NCBI RefSeq assembly: GCF_006345805.1
Contig: NC_042999.1
Span: 49,290,001 to 49,354,000 of the forward strand
DNA length: 64,000 nt
From: Octopus sinensis
Lineage: Eukaryota
Reading direction: 5' to 3'
The notes beneath the pieces are model-generated. The model saw only the letters and a list, made by a program, of their open reading frames with translations. It did not search any database and was not told the origin of the DNA. Position numbers and translations under genes: made by a program. Shown here in pieces: positions 55,351 to 64,000 of this stretch; within the stretch, counting starts at the first letter, position 1; each line of letters begins with the position of its first letter.

Positions 55351-56137
55351 TACTAAGGCTGAGGGTTGGCAGAATCGTTAGCCCGCCGAGCAAAACTAAT
55401 TAGCTGGTCTTTACGTTCTTAGTTAAAATTTCGCCGAGGTCGAGTTCGCTTTTCATCCTTTTGGGGTCGATAAACTAAGTACTAGTTCAGCACTGGGGTT
55501 GATGTAATTGACTCATTCCCTTCTCCAAAGTTGCTGGTGGTCTGCTAAAATCTGAAATCGGTATTTATATACGTATTACGTATGTGAATGTATATCTATG
55601 TATGAAGCTGTCTTCTTATATATCTATGTAACGTACATACATACAAATTTTCATGCTCAAATTTATTGTGAGATGTTCACAGATAAATGTATATTTTGTT
55701 CAATGGTTATTTATCAGAGAAATTCGTTTTTCTAGACAATTAAAATCAGTTTTATCAGCAATAATAGAAACAAGATGCTGTCTACCGCTAGAAGAAACAT
55801 AAAGCTGTTTAATTGCCTTCAGTTAAAATACAAGGTACCAAAAACTGAACCACGAATCAATAACCTAAGTAACATCTTTATAAATTGAAAAATATTTCAC
55901 TGAAACATGTTCGTATGATGTAGAATTCTTTTTGCTTTTATTTCCCTTCCATTGCACTGCTGCACTTTGGTTCTTTCCGCAATGTTTTTGTGTCACGTAT
56001 CAGTTGTTATATGAGAAATGGTTGATTGTCCTACGCTCGTAATTTCTCCATCTCTAGTAAAAGAAGCTTTGGTGGATGTCTCCCAAGATTACTTTTCCCA
56101 ATGTAATATTTCTGACCGTAAAAGAGAGAGAACGAGT

Positions 56138-56177
<40 letters not shown>

Positions 56178-56620
56178 AAGAGAAAGAGTGTATTGTGTGA
56201 GTGAGTGAGTGAATACGTGAAAGACAGAAACAGAAAGAGAAATTTTTCCCCCAGAATTTGACTGATGTATTTGTTGAAGCCCTGGAAGGTTCAAAGGCAA
56301 ATTTAACTGTCAGAACAAATAAAACAAGATATGCTAACTGGTGCCTAAATGTCTCGATCAATACGCCATATATATCTCAATGTAACTCTATTTTGTATTA
56401 CTTTATTAGTTATATAACTAATTATTACCATATCATGTACATATTATATATATATATATATTATATATATATATATATATATAAGAAAATAGTAAAGTGT
56501 GAAAAAACGACACAAGGCTTAAATGTTAAAAAATATATATATTTGTGTCAAAATGTCTGGAGAATATTGGAAAAATTTTTTTTCCTTTCCTTAAAATGAC
56601 ATAATTTTAAAATTTTTAAA

Positions 56621-56656
56621 GAAATTACCGGTTTCGCGTGTAGCTTTTCAAATTTC
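56621..56656 (-). ncRNA. Minimal HHR at the Penelope 3' end, U3-A8 variant core
   Basis: gaaat UUGAAAA gc tacac gc GAAA CCGG U A atttc. Confidence 0.75.
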
Positions 56657-56795
56657 TTGTGACGTTATGTTTATATTGCATGGAATTATCGTTGTTTTTA
56701 TTTCCAGGAGATTTCTAAATAAGGGGAAGTAGTGAGTGATTTTTTCCGGTGTAGGGGAGATAATCGCTTAAAAAATTTTTTTTCTCATTTCCTTG

Positions 56796-57248
56796 TTAAT
56801 TTGTCTGTGTCAGTATGTTCGGATGGTTGAGTCTGGGTTTGTACTTTTCAATGAAGAATGTTTCCTTGTTCAGTCTCATTTGTGTTGATGATCCGAAAGC
56901 ACATTGGTAAAATGGGAAGATTAAAAATTGTGGCAGTAGTTGCTTTGCGCATTTCTCAATGTGCTCACTAAAAGGTATCATTCTATATTCTGGGAATGCA
57001 ATCTGTTGTCGATGCAGTGTGCATCTGCGCCTGAGTGATAGTCCCGTGGAACCCACGTAGTCTTGGTGGCAGCCCGAGCATTTAATAACATAAATTATGT
57101 TTTCAGAGGCACAAGTAAAGTTAGATTTGATCTTAAATTTCTGTCCCTCTTTAAAGAAGAATTCTGATCCTTCCAATAGGTTAGGACATGTTGCACAGTT
57201 CGATCTACCACATTTTTTTACTTTTGCATCCGTAATTTTAGAAGACAA
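56796..57248 (-). CDS. GIY-YIG endonuclease domain with Cys-rich linker (C-terminus of the PLE ORF)
   Basis: KCGRSNCATC, ENIIYVIKC..C..DYVGST, RLNKETFFIEKYKPRLN. Confidence 0.9.
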   Translation of the reverse strand: MSSKITDAKVKKCGRSNCATCPNLLEGSEFFFKEGQKFKIKSNFTCASENIIYVIKCSGCHQDYVGSTGLSLRRRCTLHRQQIAFPEYRMIPFSEHIEKCAKQLLPQFLIFPFYQCAFGSSTQMRLNKETFFIEKYKPRLNHPNILTQTN

Positions 57249-57560
57249 TTTTGCCTTTGTGAGAATCTTTTTAAGTGATTTAGGCTGTTTGTAGCTTTTA
57301 ATGATTTGGTGTATGTTTAGAATTTCCTTTAATTTTGGGTTTTTATGAAGTATTGGTAAATTCTGGGTGATGATGGTGAAGGCTTCTTTGTTTCTGGGGT
57401 TGTATGTAGATATGTAAGGTAGTATTTTCGGGGAAGGTGTGTTGTTGTGTTGAACTTTTCTTAAAGTTTCTATGTTGATTTCTGTGCACGTCTGATCCCA
57501 TCCTCTATGAGTTGAGCTGGGTAATGTCTGTCAATTAGGGTGTTTTTGAGTTCTTGCAGT

Positions 57561-58658
57561 CTAAAGTTCCTGGTATTTTGTTCTGACACTATTGTGCATA
57601 TCCTTCTTGCAAGGTTGAAGGGGATGTTTGTTTAGTGTGTCTGGGTGGCATGAATTAAAAAGAAGGTATTGTTTGGCGTCTGTGGCTTTGTAAAAAATGT
57701 CTGTTTCTATTTTAAGGTTAATTTTTTTAATTAGTATATCCAAGAACGGGAGCTCCTTTTGGTTGTATTCCATTGTGAACTGTATATTTGGGTTTATGCT
57801 GTTCAATAGGTTTTTAAATTTTAGGAGTTTATCTATGTTTTCATTCCAGAGAATGAAACAATCGTCTAGGAATCGTTTCCAATTCTCTTTTATGTATTGA
57901 GAGAGGGAGTTTCCAAAGATTGATAGAGATTCCTGGTAAATGATTATTTCCATGTATCCCATTGTTAAGTTCGCAATGACTGGTGCTGCCCTTGTACCCA
58001 TAGCAATTCCGGATTTTTGACGGTAAAATGTATTGTCAAACATGAAGTGGTTATTGTGTAGGATGAATTCAATTGATTTAGTAATGAATTCCTTACTGAT
58101 CCTTTTTGGTATTTCTTCCGGAAATTGGTCTAACCAGAATTGTATTGCCTCCAGTCCATAATTATGAGGTATACTGGTATACAAGTTGACTACATCAAAT
58201 GAAACCAGGATTGTTTCTTCCTTGGTTTTTTTTGGGAGGTGGTTTAACATATCTAAGTCATCTCTGATATGGCTATCGATATGTTTAAGGAAGGGTTTCA
58301 AGAGGATGTCCATAAGTAGACTTAGTCTGTGTGTTTCACAGGTTGGGCCAGCTACAATGGGTCGTAGTTTTAGGTCCCCCGGATTAGGTGTGTGTATGTA
58401 TGTCTTTGGTGATTTTTTAATGGTTTCATTTATAATTTGACTTTTATGAATTTTTGGCAGACCATAGAAAAGGCTAGGTTTGCATTTAAAGTTTGTTAGG
58501 AAATCAATCTCTTTGGCTGTCAGTTCCTTTTCATGGGTTTTAATTAGTGAAGATAGAGTTTTCATTATTTTTTGTGGGGTGTAGTTGGTAATTTTTTCAT
58601 AATGTAGGTCTTCATCAAGCAAGGAAATTACAAGATTTCTGTAGTATGATGTATCCAT
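57561..58658 (-). CDS. Penelope-like reverse transcriptase core (365-aa open segment)
   Basis: ORF track; RT motifs as above; frameshift near 57600. Confidence 0.9.
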   Translation of the reverse strand: MDTSYYRNLVISLLDEDLHYEKITNYTPQKIMKTLSSLIKTHEKELTAKEIDFLTNFKCKPSLFYGLPKIHKSQIINETIKKSPKTYIHTPNPGDLKLRPIVAGPTCETHRLSLLMDILLKPFLKHIDSHIRDDLDMLNHLPKKTKEETILVSFDVVNLYTSIPHNYGLEAIQFWLDQFPEEIPKRISKEFITKSIEFILHNNHFMFDNTFYRQKSGIAMGTRAAPVIANLTMGYMEIIIYQESLSIFGNSLSQYIKENWKRFLDDCFILWNENIDKLLKFKNLLNSINPNIQFTMEYNQKELPFLDILIKKINLKIETDIFYKATDAKQYLLFNSCHPDTLNKHPLQPCKKDMHNSVRTKYQEL

Positions 58659-59754
58659 TATTACAACTGCATTTCCCTTGTCCGCTTCCTTAATGGTTAT
58701 ATCTTCATCATTTTGGAGTTCTATCAGTTCTTTCCATTGTGTATTGTTAAAATTTGGGTTAGCTTTCTGTTTTGTATAGTATGGTAGGGGAAGTTCTCAA
58801 TGTGGTTACAGAATTCGTCAAGATCTTTATTTCTTCTCTGTGTGGGATGTGTTCACTTTTGTTCTTGACAAGTGATTCATCTTCAGTATTGAAACTGTTT
58901 GATGCTTCTGCTAGTCTTAATTTTCTGCAAAATTCTGTTATATTATCCTTGAGTTCATTTAGGTTTGCTCTGCGTGGAGTTGGTGTAAATTTGAGCCCTT
59001 TTGCGAGGATGTCAATTTTTATGTTAGAAAGAGGTTTGGTTGAAAGATTGATATCTTCGGTTTTTCCTTATTACTAGGTTCCAGCCTGTGTCCTGGTGTC
59101 CCTGGTCCCTGGCTAAAAAATGTTGGGTGTAATTTTGTTTGTATGAGTTGTCTGTGAGGTTGTGTGGTATTTGGTCGGGGGAGTGGTGGTATTGTTGCCT
59201 CCGATCGTGTGTGTGTGTGGAATCTATGGTTGTTAATGCTTGTGGTGTGTGTAAAATTTCTGTATGGGGAATATTTTTGTTTCGAACTTCTTGTATGTGG
59301 GATGTTGCTTGACATAGTGTTTCTTTGCGTTTGTCTTGTGTTTAGTGGGGACCAGTAGTTTTGGTTCATGGGGTAGTAGTGATTTGTGTGTGGTGTATTT
59401 CTTATCCTAGTGTCGTATTGTGCTGTATGGTGGTTGGGTCTGGTATTATGATGTTGTTGGTTTGTTCTGTTTTTGGTGTAATTTCTTTCATAGACGCGTC
59501 CTCTTTCAGCTAGTTCCCTGTTAGGTCTAGCGTGGTTTGTAGAGGTTGGTTGTGGGTGATTTCTGTTTTTAGTATATGGAGGATAGTTGGGGGTTGTTCG
59601 TGGGTTGTTAGGTTTTTCTTTTTTATTATTGTAATTTTCTTAAGGAAGGGATTATTTGTACCCAATTCATTTTGAAGGTTTCACTATATTTTTGGAAGAA
59701 GTCCATGTTTTTCTCCCAGCGTAGGAGAGAATTTCTCTCTTCTCTCTCACAGGA

Positions 59755-59813
<59 letters not shown>

Positions 59814-60279
59814 AGATCTAATGATCGAGGTGTTGGAAGAAAGTTAGCTTCAAGCACACCGTTATAAATATTTAAAAAAACAACTTTCATGGACAATATT
59901 TGTTTATTGAGAAGCTGTTGCTTTTTCTTGTTATCGAAGTACGATAAATTGAAAGAATTTACGGTAGGCAACGAAGGTTGCCGAGTATGGGAATAAGAAT
60001 AATAGTCATAGTTAAGGAATGGAATAGATGCATGTGTTTCATACCGAGCGGAACCTCGGAAATGGTGAATATCCAAGCGAGGTGACTCTCCAGGTCAAAG
60101 ATATCTTGATTAAATGAAAGTTTACACTGTCGCAAGGATGTGTATGTTAACTCGTGGTACATACAAACAGAATGTGTAGAGGGCACACAATGAGTGGAGA
60201 ATTTAAGTGTGGAGAGAAATTAGGATTAAAAAAGGGAAAAAACAAAAACATTAGGGAGTGAGAAGAAATATATATATAC

Positions 60280-60316
<37 letters not shown>

Positions 60317-60317
<1 letters not shown>

Positions 60318-60450
60318 GCGCAGGAGTAGCTGTGTGGTGAGTAGCTTGTTTACAAACCACATGTTTCCAGGTTCATTCCCACTGCGTTGCACCTTGGACA
60401 AGTGCCTTCTACTATAGCCTCGGGCCGACCAAGGCTTTCTTAGTGGATTT

Positions 60451-60453
<3 letters not shown>
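60317..60453 (+). mobile_element. SINE F1 5' part within (TA)n
   Basis: ggcgcaggagtagctgtgtggtgagtagcttg head. Confidence 0.85.
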
Positions 60454-60510
<57 letters not shown>

Positions 60511-60512
60511 AG

Positions 60513-60559
<47 letters not shown>

Positions 60560-60724
60560 ATATATATATGTATATAGTGTAGGTATCAGTTAGAGAAATT
60601 TAATACTTCTAATGGATAGTTAAATCCAAAGGATCTCCTGGTTATTACCTGAGTAGGTACAGTCTTTTGTAAATTTGTACAGTAGGTGGTAGTTCAGTAG
60701 TTCGACCGTAGTTTAGGTTACATA

Positions 60725-60973
60725 CGGGAAGAAAATAGATGCAAATAACAAGGGGAAACTCGTCGTTTTCGCTGGTACACCATTACCTATGTATCAATAA
60801 TTTTCGCCTTCTGACCGATGTATTAATCCATTTTTCGCATTCCGTAGATATTTACTAAAACTAGTAAATTGAAACGATCCTAAATGCTACGTTCTTCTTT
60901 GTTACTTAATTAAATTAAAGACATACCAGCGAAAACAACGACTTTCTCCTTATTTACATCCATTTTCTTCTCA
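60725..60973. mobile_element. TA-flanked MITE (249 bp) with imperfect TIRs of about 50 bp
   Basis: TA|cgggaagaaaatagatg...ttttcgctggta and taccagcgaaaa...catccattttcttctca|TA. Confidence 0.7.
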
Positions 60974-61028
60974 TATATATATAAGTCCGTAAATGGTGGG
61001 GTTGTTTTCACCGCAAGTGGAGAAATAA

Positions 61029-61215
61029 TAGGAGAGGAAAAAATAATAACGCAGAATGCTAAATTGAAAGTAAATTTTAATAAAAATGGGTGTATGAAAA
61101 ATTGAAAAATTAAAAATTAAAATTTTTTTCTTTTTTTTCTTTTTTAATTTTTCATACACCCATTTTTATTAAAATTTACTTTCAATTTAGCATTCTGCCT
61201 TATTATTTTTTCCTC

Positions 61216-61220
<5 letters not shown>
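61029..61220. repeat. Near-perfect AT-rich palindrome with 75-bp arms
   Basis: 61029-61103 pairs with 61146-61220, 2 mismatches. Confidence 0.9.
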
Positions 61221-61256
<36 letters not shown>

Positions 61257-61541
61257 GAGGCAAGAAGACAGACAGACAGTGGATAGATACTTAGATAAAT
61301 AGACTAACAGACAGACAGATAGAGAGATAGATATGGATATGTATACATGCATATTTACACCTTATATGTGTGTGCATGTATGATGTATATATGTATGTGT
61401 TTATGTATGTGTGTATGTATGTGTGTGTATGTAAGAATATATGTAATTTTGTATATATGTATGAGTTTGTTTGTATGTATACGTAATAGCGCTGAAATAT
61501 ATGCAATATAGAGCGAGTTAAGATGTCCCATTTCCGTCTCA

Positions 61542-62010
61542 AATATTGCTCTTCAGAAAGCTGTGAACAACACTTTATCGTATTTCTTTGAATGCAGGTT
61601 CAGCAAAAGAAACCGATAGAATAAGTGCTAGGCTTACAAAGACTAAGTCCTGTGGTCGATTTGCTTGACTAAAGGCGGTGCTCCAGCATGGCCATAGTCA
61701 TATGACTGAAGCAAATAAAACAATAAGACAATAAAACGATATATATATATATATCGTTTTATTGTTTTATTGTTTTATTTGCTTCAGTCATATGACTATG
61801 GCCATGCTGATATCGTTTTATTGTTTTATTGTTTTATTTGCTTCAGTCATATGACTATGGCCATGCTGGAGCACCGCCTTTAGTCAAGCAAATCGACCAC
61901 AGGACTTAGTCTTTGTAAGCCTAGCACTTATTCTATCGGTTTCTTTTGCTGAACCTGCATTCAAAGAAATACGGTAAAGTGTTGTTCACAGCTTTCTGAA
62001 GAGCAATATT
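61542..62010. repeat. Palindrome with arms of about 205 bp centred on (TA)n, plus a 59-bp tandem duplication
   Basis: Left arm 61542-61746, partial right arm 61747-61809, full right arm 61810-62010. Confidence 0.9.
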
Positions 62011-62324
62011 ATATATATATATATAAATATATAAACAAAAATGCTAGTTCTAAAATCTCTCTAAGAGATCAACGCTGTAGTTGTACTAACAAGTAATATT
62101 CGTAACAGTAAATCGAAAGGTTTTACTTCTATTTTTAACCCCAAGAAGACATCTCCTCTAGCTGGTTGATCATGCCCAGCTGCAATATATCGCATGCAGC
62201 TGTTACATGTGTGAATTACTTTGTAACATGTGTCATGCTTTCTCGAGTTATTTTGCCTATACAATCGCGAGCGTGTGTAGGCACCTTTTGATTCCCCTAC
62301 CCTTGATTCAATAGAACATCGAAA

Positions 62325-62343
62325 ATGTCAGAACTTGTCAAAG
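62325..62343 (+). CDS. Candidate first coding exon (MSELVK, phase 1)
   Basis: gaaaATG context, AAG|gtaagg donor, locally CpG-richer flanks. Confidence 0.25.
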
Positions 62344-63129
62344 GTAAGGCGGCATCCGCACTCGGTTGGTATTTATTACAGCACTGTAGATTGATTTTAC
62401 GTGAAATGAATATTCTTACTCCATAGTACAATTCATCGCTCTGTCCAGAAGTCAAACTCTTGACATTGTAATCCTGAGCTCAACATTTTTGCAATAGACT
62501 ACACGACTTTGTCAGAACCTTGAAGGCAGTATTTGCCATTTTTGTTCTTATTTAGCGACTAGCCAGTGGCGGTCGAACAAATCAATGAGAAAGCACAATC
62601 GAGAAATAATCACCCAATCTGTTTCAGGCCAGATGTTCTTCAGTTTATCAGATTATATTCCCTTAATAAATAGAATGCAAAATTTATTTATCTACTCCTA
62701 TCCTCATCCCACATGCATACGCCATGAAACATTAGAGCAGTCAATAATGGAGTGGACGTAGAATTAGGAGATGTTAGTACCGAAAATATAACACAAGAGA
62801 ATTGTCTTGGTTAATAAAGACTTCTTTTCCACTGATACACAATTTGGAGGCGAAACCTATTTTAGTTACTCGATAATGTTATTCAGCATCAACACAAGCC
62901 CAATATTGGATATTGCAAAACATATTGATCCGGTAGACAGCGTCCTTTTTTAAGAATATAATTGTTACAACCTTCATAGTATGAATAATTATGAACAAAT
63001 ATTTACACTCCATCAAGTCGATGAATTGGGGGAGTCATTAGAGTGTTAGACAACGCTGTGGCGCATCAAGTGTTCTCAGAAACCGGGGTCAAAAATAAAT
63101 TTATCGATAAAATTGTTTTACACTTCTTT

Positions 63130-63377
63130 CCGCAGGCATATGGCGTAGTGATTAAGAGCGCCGGCTACTAACCCCAAGATTCCGGGTTCGATTCCAAGCA
63201 GTGACCTGAACAATAATAATAATAATAATAACTTCGAAAAATGCCTTAAGAATGAGAACGCAGGTTTGAAATTTCCCCAAGACACCTGAAGAAGGCTGGA
63301 GGGTATATCAGCCGAAACTTTGTGTTAACAACAAACAAAATGAGGACAAATATCCGTCGAATGTAAATAATTTAAAT
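63130..63377 (+). mobile_element. tRNA-headed SINE with HHR-containing tail and 19-bp TSD
   Basis: A box tggcgtagtga 63141, B box gggttcgattcc 63184, (AAT)n, HHR 63281-63326; TSD aattgttttacact(t/c)cttt at 63111-63129 and 63378-63396. Confidence 0.88.
63281..63326 (+). ncRNA. Minimal HHR in SINE tail
   Basis: gacac CUGAAGA A ggctgg agggtata tcagcc GAAA CUU U gtgtt; stem III is ACUU rather than ACGU. Confidence 0.75.
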
Positions 63378-63850
63378 AATTGTTTTACACTCCTTTATAA
63401 CTGATTCCGGAGATGGGAAGACCGCTCTCTTAATTCCGTTTCTTTGCCACATCTTTGTAATCCGAGTTGCATTCCCACTTCTTCTCATTAGTATTCAAGT
63501 CTAAGCCCCACCTAAGTCTTATTAGCCTTTCATCGTTTCGGGAATCGATAAAATAAAATATTAGGCAAGCACTGGCGTCAATAGTATCGACTCCTTGTTC
63601 CGCATCTCCCACAAATTGTTGACCTTCTGCCTGTTTTAGGAAACAATACCTACCTTCTTCGATTTTTATCCGTTTTCTTCACGCATACTACATACTGCGT
63701 GTGTGAAGGACAAAAAAAAACGAGAATGCAAGAAAGTAGATGACAATGAAAGTTCATTAACAAAGTTATCTAAATTAACTAATTGAATTCTAAATTCTAC
63801 AATGAAATACTAATCTTCGTTTTACATCATTTTTGTCTTTTATTTTGAAG

Positions 63851-63972
63851 ACGTCTTTGGTGTCATAACATCATACGTGACGTATCGCTACTTGAATGAA
63901 ATAACCATTTTCTTTCAAATTATAATAATAGTGTTGGCAATATTCATGCATGACGTATTTGCTGCTCGATGA
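63851..63972 (+). CDS. Candidate terminal coding exon, phase-compatible with 62325-62343
   Basis: Branch-like tactaat at 63808, pyrimidine tract, AAG acceptor, 40 open codons to TGA. Confidence 0.2.
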
Positions 63973-64000
63973 GACCTACTAATCTACCATCTGTAATTTA

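Larger units (their letters stand above)
56483..59754 (-). mobile_element. Full-length Penelope-like element (RT + GIY-YIG), frameshifted
   Basis: INLS..KGLKFTPTP, KEADKGNAVVIMD, LRPIVAG, SFDVVNLYTSIP, GIAMGT, RFLDDCF, FLDILI, then IYVIKCSGCHQDYVGST (GIY-YIG); (TA)n on both flanks. Confidence 0.95.

Noticed and set aside
63141-63200. Genuine tRNA gene
   Set aside because: A and B boxes are present but there is no acceptor stem or terminator; it is the head of a TSD-flanked SINE.

Overview
AT-rich eukaryotic DNA, most likely an octopus or other coleoid cephalopod, judged from repeat families I recognise but cannot verify here. The window is intronic or intergenic. Almost all listed ORFs are artefacts of microsatellites (TA, CA, GATA, GTAT, AAT, CAT, GAC) or pieces of transposons, and no host protein-coding gene can be identified with confidence. 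Recognisable content: a full-length but frameshifted Penelope-like element (RT + GIY-YIG, 56.5-59.75 kb, minus); a second decayed Penelope RT; CR1/L2, RTE and R4/Dong LINE fragments; several mariner/Tc1 relics and MITEs; many tRNA-head SINEs with interchangeable heads and tails; a tRNA-Asp-derived pseudogene; and several long inverted repeats. The main hidden signal is eight hammerhead-ribozyme (HHR) motifs folded by hand, all with the short palindromic stem III typical of Penelope-type minimal HHRs. They include an intact canonical copy (9545-9638), a U3-A8 covariant at the Penelope 3' end, a head-to-tail pair 393 nt apart (retrozyme-like), and one inside a tRNA-headed SINE with a 19-bp target-site duplication. 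Together they suggest a set of ribozyme-bearing non-autonomous elements, possibly mobilised by Penelope. All folds and identities were read by eye and none was computed.
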